From Okamejei kenojei (taxonomy: Eukaryota): a stretch of DNA of 64,000 nt. Location: NCBI GenBank assembly GCA_035221665.1, contig CM069133.1:84444001-84508000 (forward strand), given 5' to 3'. The translations under genes and the position numbers were made by a program. This document shows, in pieces, positions 52,271-63,442 of this stretch (position 1 is its first letter; each line of letters starts with the position of its first letter). The notes beneath the pieces were generated by a model. That model had not been told where the DNA came from and made no database searches. It saw only the letters and a list, made by a program, of their open reading frames with translations.

Positions 52271-52934
52271 TAGAAGATAAGAGACTTGGTATGGTCATTG
52301 CCAACACTTGTGGTAATAATGATAATTCACTATGCTTGTGTGTCCCTCCACTTAATGGTGGTAGGCCATTTAAGATATCTGCGCTTGCATTCTGTTCTTT
52401 CTCAGATTGATTGAAGTTTATTTCACTTTGTCTTCGCAAGAGTGTTTGCCGCCCACCCTTTATTTCAGGACATGTGGAGAGTGAATTACATCAGCAGATG
52501 AATATCAGAACAAGACTGGGCAGAGAATGCTCCCTGTTATTTGCTTTCTCCACATGACTTACTATAATCTGCATGCATAGAAACTTATCCAGAAAGTTTA
52601 CTGCTCAATATTTGGAATATATTGACACATTTTACACTCTCTCTTATCTGGCAGTCTAAATTCTGCACGTTTACTGCTCAGGAAGTTTTAGATGACAGCT
52701 GTTCCTTCCAGCTACCTGCAAGGAAGACCTCTTTGATGCCTTACCAGTCTGAAAAGGACACGAAAATGTGTGTTACATATCATAAAAAGAAGATATTTTC
52801 AAAATATTTTAATAAATGATTGGAGTGAAATATTCTCAGTTATGTTCAGCTTCAATATTGAAGACCATGTTTGAAAATTAGCTTTTTGCTCATACAGGCT
52901 CACTATGGCAAGGTCTGTGCTTTTTAATACACAT

Positions 52935-53390
52935 AGTGCTGGAGTAACTCAATGGGTCAGGCGGCATCTCTAGAGAACATGAATAAGTGATGTTTCTCAC
53001 CTGGATCCTTCTTCAGTCTAATTGTTGTGGTGGGGGAAGAAAGCTGGAAGAGAGGAGGGGCAGGACAAAGCTTAGCGAGTGATGGGTAGATAAAGGCGAA
53101 GGCGTGTTTGGTAGGCAGATGATTTGACAAAAGGCTGAGATGAAAAGAAAAAATATATGAGATAAGGATTCCTTCTGAAGAAAGGTCTCGACCCAGAAAC
53201 ATCACCAACTCCTTTTCTCCAGAAATGTTGTCTAACCCACTGAGTTGCTCCAGATTTTTCTGTCTGTCTTCTGTTTAAACTAGCATCTGCAGTATTTTCC
53301 TACACTTCTCTAGGGATGTTGCCTGAACCACTGAGCTACTCCATCACTGTGTCTTTTTTTTGTTAACCAGCATCTGCAGTTCCTTGCATC
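52935..53390. mobile_element. Penelope-like pLTR cluster (inverted pLTR, direct pLTR, extra partial pLTR)
   Basis: 52935-53165 on the minus strand. 53175-53305 on the plus strand (ctgaagaaaggtctcgacccagaaacatc). 53305-53390 is a partial repeat. Confidence 0.82.
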
Positions 53391-53419
53391 TGTTTTGTCA
53401 GTTCAGATACGAAGTTGGT

Positions 53420-54430
53420 TCCAATCATATAGGTGGAAGGAAGTACTTTGTTAGTCTTGAGGACTATGTGTCACAGCTGCATGATACACCCTTTGGTGTA
53501 TCATGTAGCTCGCTGCCTTGGCCCATTACTCTTTTCCTTATATATGCTGCCGCTAGGAGGAGTTATCAAAAAGCATAATGTAAATTTTCAAAGTTATGCC
53601 GATGACACTCAGTTATACCTCTCTGTCGAACCCACTGATGCAAATGCCTTCTTTGACTTCCTGCCTATTTTCCATTAAAAAATGGATGAATGCTAACTTT
53701 CTTACACTCAACAATGACAAGACAGAAATATTATTACTTGGATCAAAACCCAAGAGAGAGATGTTACTCGGTAAACTGGGAAATTTGACTGCCTACGTCA
53801 AACAAGAAGTCACAAGCCTGGGGGTAAAAGTTGACAATGATCTTAATTTAAAATCTCATATAAATAAGGTAACAAAAGTGTGCTTTCTATCACCTCATAA
53901 ATATTGCTAAAGTATGGTCTTTCTTAACTAAACATGACTAAAAAACTCATACATGCTTTCATATCGAGCGGACTTGATTACTGTAATGCCTTATTTATTG
54001 GTCTGCCTTCAAAATCCACCAACAAGTTGCACCTCATTCAAAATGCCGCAGCCTGGCTCTTAACAAACAAAAAGAAAAGACAACATATCACCCAAGTATT
54101 ATACTCCCTTCATTGGCTCCCTGTGAGATCCAGGATTGATTATAAAGTCCTCCTACTTGTCTATAAAGCCCTAAATAGCTTAGGAGCAGCATATTTTACA
54201 GAGTCCCTCCTTCTCTATGTCCCTACTCGAGCGCTCAGGTCTTCCGATGCCGGCCAGTTAGTCTCTCAATGCTGCAGCAATAAGAACATTGGTAAAGCAG
54301 CCTTTTTGAATTACGCCTCCAAGCTGTGGAATACCCTACCCAGGGCTATGAGAGACGCCCACTCAGTTGACATTTTTAAGCAGCAGCTAAAAACTTATCT
54401 TTTCAATCAAGCTTTTAACTGACTTTAATT
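53420..54430 (+). mobile_element. L2-clade LINE, 5'-truncated RT and C-terminal region
   Basis: [89 protein letters not shown]. Confidence 0.93.
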
Positions 54431-54591
54431 CTTCTGATGACATTGTAAAAATTACCTTTATTCTCTGGTATTTATCTCAGCATACACTTCAGCAGATTTT
54501 GTGCTCATATAGTATATGGGAATCTGTATTTGACCTCAGTGTTTTTGTTTTCTGTCCTTTTACAATCTCAATTTTTTGTTTTTATTTTATA

Positions 54592-55839
54592 TCTATATGA
54601 TTAAAAGTCTCATCTTGACCACTTCCTGTCTGCGCTGTATATTGATTTTAGAAAAAACGCTACCATATATCACTATGATTTTTGGCCATCTTACTCACAG
54701 TCCTCCTCTGCTGAGCAGGCCCCAAGGATTTTTCCCATTGATGAAAAATACAAAAAGTTAAGAGTGTTTAAAAAACCTTGAGATCCTCTCGCCTGTCAAT
54801 CACCTCGATGAAGGTTATGTCCCTTCGGGGGGGTGGGGGGTGGGGCCAGGACTATAAAACCCCGGATGCCGGGACGTTGCAAGATCACGAGGGAGAAGCC
54901 ACGACTCTCATTCTAAGCTGTGAATCAACTGAACTGTGAGTCTGCAATGTACTTGCAATAAATGATTTGTTAGCCCTTAATGACAATGCCATGAGTTGTT
55001 TGGCCTGCTGCCCTGCCTGCGCTTGAAACTGCAATGCTTTATTAGGTCTGACTGTATTTGGAAGGAATAAATGCTTTATTAGGTCCGACTGTGTTTAGAA
55101 GGAATAAATGCTTTATTAGGTCCGACTGTTCAAAAGTCCCGCTCATTTCGTGACTTCCGCTAAAAGGACAGGTCACGCTGATTGCGTAACTTTACGGTGC
55201 GTGCAGAGGTCGTGCTGATTGCATAGTTTCTGGTAAGTCACGCTGATTGCGGAAGTGCCACTGACTGCGGAAGCCCCAAAGTGGAGAGGCCGCGCTCAGC
55301 TATGTGAGTATTCAAGAAAGTTTACTGCCATATATATGGTGTGTGAGTCAGTGATTGTGTGTGTATGTGTTTGTGAGTGTTTGTGTGTGTGAATGTGTGA
55401 ATGTGTGTGAGTGTGTGCGTGTGTGATTGTGTGAGTGTCTGTGNNNNNNNNNNNNNNNNNNNNNNNNNNNNNNNNNNNNNNNNNNNNNNNNNNNNNNNNN
55501 NNNNNNNNNNNNNNNNNNNNNNNNNNNNNNNNNNNNNNNNNNNNNNNNNNNNNNNNNNNNNNNNNNNNNNNNNNNNNNNNNNNNNNNNNNNNNNNNNNNN
55601 NNGTGCATGTGAGTGGTCTAATTGAATGAGTTGCTAGCCCAAGAATCCATTCAGCCCACAATGTCCATGCTAGCCATCTGGAAACCAGTCCCTTTGGCCC
55701 ACAACACCATGCTAGCGTGCCAGAAAGCCCCCCTCCACACTGGCCAGCAACATTGGAATTAGTGGAGAGGTGGAATATTGCGTTGGGGGACCAGCCCTCA
55801 CATGTGAAGATAGGACCCAACGAGTCCCACTTGGTCAAG
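54592..55839 (+). mobile_element. Non-autonomous Helitron
   Basis: a|TCTATATGATTAAAAGTCTCATCTTGACC start. End is ggacccaacgagtcc hairpin plus CAAG|t (mutated CTAG). 37-bp repeats at ~55032-55130 and a TG microsatellite beside the gap. Confidence 0.85.
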
Positions 55840-55877
55840 TTTTTTAATAAATCTGTGACTTTTATATTAACTGTCTA

Positions 55878-58362
55878 CATAGAAACATAGAAACATAGAA
55901 AATAGGTGCAGGAGTAAGCCATTCGGCCCTTCGAGCCTGCACCGCCATTCAATATAATCATGGCTGATCATCCAGCTCAGTATCCTGTACCTGCCGTCTC
56001 TCCATACCCCCAGATCCCTTTAGCCACAAAGGCCAAATCTAACTCCCTCTTAAATATAGCCAATGAACTTGCCTCAACTACTTTCTGTGGCAGAGAATTC
56101 CACAGATTAACCACAGATTCACACAGAGAAATCTTTTTTTCTCATCTCAGTCCTAAAAGACTTCCCCCATATCCTTAAACTGTGATCCCTTGTTCCAGAC
56201 TTCCCCAACATCAGGAACAATCTCTTGCATCTAGCCTGTCCAACCCCTTAAGAATTTTATAAGTTTCTATAAGATCCCCCCTCAATCTTCTAAATTCCTG
56301 CGAGTACAAGCCGAGTCTATCCAGTCTTTCTTCATAAGAAATTACTGCCATCCCAGGAATCAGTCTGGTGAACCTTCTCTGTACTCCCTCTATGACAAGA
56401 ATGTTTTTCCTCAGATTAGGAGACCAAAACTGTGCGCAATACTCTAGGTGTAGTCTCACCAAGGCCCTGTACAACTGCAGTAGAACCTCCCTGCTCCTAT
56501 ACTCAAACCCTTTTGCTATGAATGCTAACATACCATTCGCTTTCTTCTCTGCCTGCTGCACCTGCATGCTTACTTTCAATGACTGGTGTACCATGGCACC
56601 CAGATCTCGTTGCATCTCAGCTTTTCCGAATCGGCCGCCTTTCAGATAGTAGTCTACTTTCCTATTCTTGCCACTAAAGTGGATAACCTCACATTTATCC
56701 ACATTATACTGCATCTGCCATGCATTTGCCCACACACCTAACCTATCCAAGTCACCTTGCAGCCTCCTAGCATCCTCCTCACAGCTAACACTGCCCCCCA
56801 GCTTTGTGTCATCCACAAACTTGGAGATGTTGCATTCAATTCCCTCGTTCAAATCATTAATGTATATTGTAAATAGCTGTGGTCCAAGCACTTTGCCTTG
56901 CAGTACCCCACTAGTCACTGCCTGCCCTTCTGAAAAGGACCCGTTTATTCCTACTCTTTGCTTCCTGTCTGCCAGCCAGTTCCCTATCCAAATCAATACT
57001 GAACCCCCAATACCGTGTGCTTTAAGTTTGAATACTAATCTCTTATGTGGGACCATGTTGAAAGCCTTCTGAAAGTCCAGCTATAACACATCCACTGGTT
57101 CTCCCTTATCCACTTTACTAGTTGCATCCTCGAAAAATTCTATAAGATTCGTCAGACATGATTTACCTTTTATAAATCCATGCTGACTTTGTCCAAGAAT
57201 TTCACCACTTTCCCAATGTGCTGCTATCCCATCTTTAATAACTGACTCTAGTATTTTCCCCACTACCGATGTTAGACTAACTGGTCTGTAATTCCCTGTT
57301 TTCTCTCTCCCTCCCTTTTTAAAAAGTGGAGTTACATTAGCTACCCTCAAATCCTCAGGAACTATTCCAGAATCTAAAGAGTTTTGAAAAATTATCACTA
57401 ATGCAGCCACTATTTCTGGGGCTACTTCCTTAAGCACTCTGGGATGCAGCCGATCTGGCCCGGGGGATTTATCGGCCTTTAATCCATTCAATTTACCTAA
57501 CACCACTTCCCAACTAACCTGGATTTCACTCAGTTCCTCCATCTCATTTGACCCCTGGTCCCCTGCTATTTCCGGCAGATTATTTATGTCTTCCTTAGTG
57601 AAGACAGAACCAAAGTAGTTATTCCATTGGTCTGCCAAGTCCTTGATCCCCATGATCAATTCGCCTGTTTCTGACTGCAAGGGGCCTACATTTGTTTTAA
57701 CTAATCTTTTTCTCTTCACATATTTAAAAAAGCTTTTGTAGTCAGTTTTTATGCTCCCTGCCAGTTTTCTTTCATAATCTATTTTCCCTTTCCTAATTAA
57801 GCCCTTTGTCCTCCTCTGCTGGACTCCCAGTCCTCTGGTAGGCTGCTTTTTCTGGCTAATTTCTATGCTTCATCTTTAGTTTTGATACTATCCCTGATTT
57901 CCCTTGTTATCCACGGATGCGCTACCTTCCCTGATTTATTCTTTTGCCAAACTGGGATGAACAATTGTTGTAGTTCATCCATGCGATCTTTAAATGCCTT
58001 CCATTGCGTATCCACTGTCAACCCTTTAAGAATCAATTGCCAGCCTATCTTGGTCAATTCACGTCTCATACCTTCAAAGTTACCTTTGTTTAAGTTCAGA
58101 ACCCTTGTTTCTGACTTAATTATGTCACTCTCCATCCTAATGAAGAACTCAATCATATTATGGTCACTCTTGCCCAAGGGGCCACGCACAACAAGACTGC
58201 TAACTAACCCTTCCTCATTACTCAATACCCAGTCTAGAATAGCCTGCTCTCTTGTTGGTTCCTCTACATGTTGGATAAGAAATCTATCCTGCATACATTC
58301 CAAGAAATCATCTTCCTCAGCACCCCTGCCAATTTGATTCACCCATTCTATATGTAGATTGA
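55878..58362 (-). mobile_element. Young CR1 LINE ORF2 (endonuclease end plus RT), 5'-truncated
   Basis: ORFs 57863-58342, 57081-57719 (KSPGPD, NYRPVSLTS) and 56211-57056 (FVDDTKLGG). (catagaaa)n tail. Confidence 0.96.
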
Positions 58363-59299
58363 ATCTATGTCCTTACTGTTTTAAATTGTATTTTTGTTTA
58401 GACCTGTGTTTTTGTGAAAACCTGTGTTTTGGGGCTGCATTCAATTGTATGAAAAGNNNNNNNNNNNNNNNNNNNNNNNNNNNNNNNNNNNNNNNNNNNN
58501 NNNNNNNNNNNNNNNNNNNNNNNNNNNNNNNNNNNNNNNNNNNNNNNNNNNNNNNNNNNNNNNNNNNNNNNNNNNNNNNNNNNNNNNNNNNNNNNNNNNN
58601 NNNNNNNNNNNNNNNNNNNNNGAACCTCAAAGAACACACCATTCATTTATTTCCAGTTGTGGATTAAATCTATTATCCTTTTGTGTTCTAAGAAGACCAA
58701 TCTAAATTTTTCCACATAATGGAACTCCAGTCATAGTACTGGTAAATCCTCTTATATCACTCTCTGAGGATTGGTATCCTGGATGAGAATCACAGCATAA
58801 AATAGTAAGATTAAATGAGAACTTACCAGTTCGAAATTTGATCTGTATTTTATGAGGAGTTACGATGAGGGATTATGTGAAGACCCCATGCAGCACGCAT
58901 GCACGACATTCTTCAAAGCAGCGGTGTGGATTCACAGAAAAAACACAACGATTGAAATACATATAGTAAAGAAAAAATAAGAACTTAATTACCAGTTGAT
59001 CTGTATAATAGAGGGTGGGAGTGGAGGGCACGTAATCCCTCATCGTAACTCCTCATAAAATACAGATCAAACTTCGAACTGGTAAGTTCTCATTTAATCT
59101 TACTATTTTATTTCGGAGTCATGTGTGTGACTACGTGAAAACTTCAAAGCTCTGTGATTCCGAACCGTGTACCAGCTCATGCTTCACTCACTGTCTGAAG
59201 ACCTTTGAGGGAGGAAGTATGTTATCACAATCAACAATAACCTGTTTGTGAAGAAAAAAGGTTTATTAATAGCAACAAAAAACAGAGAGCTCCCCCGGG

Positions 59300-60303
59300 C
59301 CTAACCACCTGCTTGAGCCACCTTGAAATGGTTTGGCTCGTCACCTAACCATGGGGCTTCTTGTGGCTTATCCACAAGGCTTTTTCTATCCCTCTTAAAT
59401 TGTATGTTGTGTCTATGTAAATGGAGAGATGGGTCTTGGCACACAGCCGTGGGTCAGATGAATATGCCCGGAACTCCATACTGGAGGCGTGGTTCCTGGT
59501 CTAGTTTGTTGACCAGACCCTGAATATGGAATGTGATACGCTGTCCAGCCTCAGAAGGTGGAGGGACTGTACCCTTTGTGCTGACACTAGTGCCATGAGC
59601 ATGACGTATGTCGCTTGGGTACCAGACCCTGAGGCAGCAGCAGTTGATGCATTCACGCTGCATTGGGGGAAAATGTTCTTCTATGCTTTTCCCCCCTTCT
59701 GCCTCATCAGTCGGGTATTACGCAAGATTCAATTGGATTCCGCTTCAGGAATCTTGATAATACCTGACTGGCGTACACAGCTATGGTTCCCAGTGGCCCT
59801 CGACATGGCTGTCGGAACACCGTTGGAATTCCCCAGCAGTTCAGAATTACTAATCCACCCAGTGTCAGGCATTAGTCAGGGTAAGTTGTTCCAGCGTGAG
59901 TGACCTGGGTGCTGGCCATCCCCAAAGGTACGTCAGCACAAGCTGACATCCCAGATCTGAGTGTACCTTGGTCTGGGGGAATTAGTGTTAAAAATACCCT
60001 TCCTGAGTTTGACCACAATTGGATGGGACCCCAAAGCCTGTTGTCCTGCTGCTGGAACCAAATAAGCTGACAATGCACTCCTGGCTGTATTGATGGCGCT
60101 GTAGCCGAGTCCATCCCATTGTAATCCAACCAGGAACTCCACAACACTGGTAGCTGTTGCTGTTGAGTAGATAGTTCCTGTTTTGGTGCAATACCACTCC
60201 TATTTCCTTATGTTGGTCAGGTATTGTCTCCTGGTGGACTCCCAGTGGGATGCGGTCATCATGTTGATGGTGTCCTCAGACCCAGTAGATGTCTTTTTAG
60301 AAT
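59300..60303 (-). pseudogene. DIRS B tyrosine recombinase, C-terminal catalytic part deleted
   Basis: GLGYSAINTARSALS, GSHPIVVK, PRPRYTQIWDV, MLMALVSAQRVQSL, ISRWLKQ. The HxxR/Y box is missing. An inverted insertion lies at 59606-59878. Confidence 0.88.
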
Positions 60304-62179
60304 CTGCAAGCCAGGAGATTGACTCTCTCATGGCACAGGTGACTAATGTCTGACACTGGGTGGATTAGTAATTCTGGACTGCTGAGGAATTCCAACGGTG
60401 TTCCGACAGCCAAGTCGAGGGCCACTGGGAACCATAGCTGTGTAGGCCAGTCAGCTATTATCAAGATTCCTGAAGCGGAATCCAATTGAATCTTGCGTCA
60501 TACCCGACTGATGAGGCAGAAGGGGGGGAAAAGCATAGAAGAACATTTTCCCCCAATGCAGCGTGAATGCATCAACTGCTGCTGCCTCAGGGTCTGGTAC
60601 CCAAGCGACATACATTGGTACCTGGTGATTCAGACTAGATGCAAATAGATCGATATCTGGTGTGCCATATTGCTTTGTAATTTCAGCAAATACTTTGGGA
60701 TTTAACATCCATTCGATGTTATCGTTAAATTTGCGTGACCTGGTGTCTGCCACTGTATTTTGCTTACCTGGTAGGTAAGTTGCTGATAACCAATTATGTC
60801 TTTTGACACACCATTACCAGATTAGGTTGACCAAATTGTCACATCATCCATGTGGTTGATATAAGCCACCACCGTGGTATTATCTAATTGCAACTGGACA
60901 TGTGCGTGATGCGTATTAGATGAATATGCTTTTAAACCATAAAACGCACCCAACATTTCTAAGTAGTTAATACCCCGTGTCTGTAGGCAAGATGATTCAA
61001 AATTTGTCCATCTGCCCCCTGTGCTGGATTGCATGTTAGTTGCTCCCCAGCCCAAAGCACTGGCATCCATTTGAATGGTTAATACTGGGTTGGTGATTAT
61101 TATGGGACTGGAGCTAAGCCTAATGTTCCTTGTCCACCATTGTAACTCTGGAATGGATTCAGCAGTTAAATTCATAACTCGGTCAAAATGACCTGAGTTT
61201 TTCTTTAGCGCGTGCACTATTGTACAGCTGGAAAGGCTGCTACCATTTTCCCAATGACACTAGCTACCTGCCGTATGATTGACTGATGATTAACGATTAG
61301 TTCGTTGCATGATTGTGCTAACTCTGATGCTTTCCCCTTCGGCGGAGTTACAGTCATGTGAATAGTGTCAATCGTAAATCCAAGATAGTCCATGGTTGTG
61401 GACGGTGTCAAATTGGATTTATCTGGATGTGTGACAAACCCCAAAGTTTCAAACAAACGTTTGGGGGGCTGCTGCTGCTGAAATGGCTGTCTCCAAGGTT
61501 TTCCCTACTATTAAAATGTCGTCTAAATACGCCATGACTATATGCTTTTGTTTCCTCAATAATGCCAAGGCAGGTTTTAAGATTTTTGTGAACAACCTTG
61601 GAGCTGAGGTTAGCCCATTTGGTAAGGCTTTAGATTTCCATAGCTGTTTCATCCAGCTAAACTTTAGGTATTTACAATGCTCCTTGTGTATGGGTACTGA
61701 CTAGTAGGCATCTTTTAAATCAATGCTTGCCAGAAAGTACCCTCTAGAATCAATTGTCTGGCTGTTTCAAAAGTTTCCATCTTGAAATGTATATACTTAA
61801 CAGACTTGTTTAAAGAAGTTAAGTCAATGATGATGCGACATCCACCATCTTTTTTAGTTTTATTGAAAATATTAGACACAAATTCCAAAGGTTCATGTTT
61901 TGTTCTTTCAATGACATCTTTTGCTAGTAGCCTCATCAGTTCAGCTTGACCCTCTTGTTTCTCTTTGCCTGAGAGGGTGAATACCCTTTGGGGTATATGC
62001 TGAACTGGCGGCATGTTTTCATGAACAAAGTCAATTTTATAGCCATGAATGCTGCTGAGTATATATTTGTCATTAGTGATAGACTCCCATGCATCCAAAA
62101 ACAAGTGCAATCTCCCCCCTGTTAGTATAGAGCCCCTACTGCTCATATGCTGAGAGGAACCAGACCCACCTACCTCCAT
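60297..62179 (-). pseudogene. DIRS B pol (RT, RNase H, methyltransferase-like), disrupted
   Basis: MEVGGSGS start, KKDGGCRIIIDL, YLDD, QMDASALGWGA, INYLEML, DIDLFAS, YAFPP, ending NLLACRF*. Confidence 0.93.
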
Positions 62180-62181
62180 GG

Positions 62182-63442
62182 TTACTGGTGCTTCTTCTGC
62201 CTCTTCGCTGGACGATGAGGTGTCTGTTGGGCTGTAGAGGGCTGCTGTTGATGTTGATGTTGATGTTGCTGTTGATGTTGGGGGTGGTGCATTTTCCATG
62301 GGGTCCGCTCTGGGCCCTGGCCTGAAAAAGGCTTACGGGGAATGGTTGCGGACCCCGAGCTTTCACCAGTCCCATATGGTAGTCGGCGACTGGTGGACGC
62401 CGTGGGGTACTGCCGCCTGGGTTTGTTAGGTCTGCTCGGTCCCAAACCTGCCCTCATGAGACCAAAGGTCTTGGACTCTTTCTCCAGGTCTTTCACCTTT
62501 TTTGGAAGGTCCTTTCCAAAGAGCAGAATTGGAGGTTCTGAACCCGGTCTGCAAAGTCCTGCAAAGTCCTGCAAACTTAGGATTGAGGGCAGGCTTGATG
62601 ATTTCCTTCCGTAAATTGTTAATCTCGAATTGAGTGGTGCACAGCAGAGCTAATGTATCTTGCCGATTTGTGGTAATGTCCACACCATCTATGGACCGAG
62701 CATATGAAGTTATTCCTGCTGTCAGGAGTTTTAGGATTTTCCGGTGCTTCAACTCCAGGTTCCTGATATTCTGTCCCAAATGTCCCCAAATTTGGCTGTT
62801 TACAGCTGGTACATTCAGTGATGTACAATTTTCTGTGGCTGAATATAATTCAAGAGCCTCATTGGCCACCCGTTCTTGTAGGGGTTTTGAGGACAGGTGG
62901 TCAATGCTGGCTGCAAGTTTCAGCTCTAAAGGCCGACCCGCTCGTGGAATGGCCACGTAGCAGTTGACCACACCCAGCAGCTCTTCCTGATCCTGTACAC
63001 CCTGCGTACTCCGGACATCTTCAGCCAGCGACCCCTCTTCCTGACCAGCCCAGACCTGGTTGCCAATGCTGCCTTCAATAGAAGGTGAAGCAATGGCCAG
63101 TGCCGTAAAGGGCACTGCGGGAGTGCCTAGGCTGCCTTGGCGAGTCTGCTGCTGCTCTCTCAGCAGATCTCGCTGGAGCAATTGCTCCATAAGCCGTTCC
63201 ATTTGGCTTAGGCGGCTGCCTTTGCCGCTCTCGTGCGGTGAGGCATCTTCATCCAAATCGTCGGATACTACTGCCCGGTTCTGGCTGCAGGTACCTCCAG
63301 CCCGCTGCTCAGGCTGCACTAGCGGTGCTGGGCTCGGCTCGGTAGTCAATCCTGCCGCCTCTCGCCCACCCTCCAAAGAACGCTCCTCAACGGGAGACGA
63401 ATGGGGGCGAGCTACAGATTTCTTTCCTCTGGTCTTGCTCAT
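62182..63442 (-). pseudogene. DIRS B ORF1 (gag-like), one frameshift
   Basis: MSKTRGKK... ORF to ~62560. A 10-bp tandem duplication (gcaaagtcct) shifts the frame. The C-terminus LLFGKDLPKK...HQQQHQHQHQQQ...KKHQ* is in ORF 62182-62574. Confidence 0.88.

Larger units (their letters stand above)
48833..58621. other. Four N gaps: 48833-49057, 51951-52265, 55444-55602, 58457-58621
   Basis: Runs of n in the sequence. Confidence 0.99.

Noticed and set aside
56368-58337. Plus-strand ORFs overlapping CR1 (similarly 46535-47119 and 63060-63494 over DIRS gag)
   Set aside because: Antisense shadows of TE coding frames with no independent motifs.
48764-58705. Long ORFs containing X runs
   Set aside because: Artefacts of N gaps.
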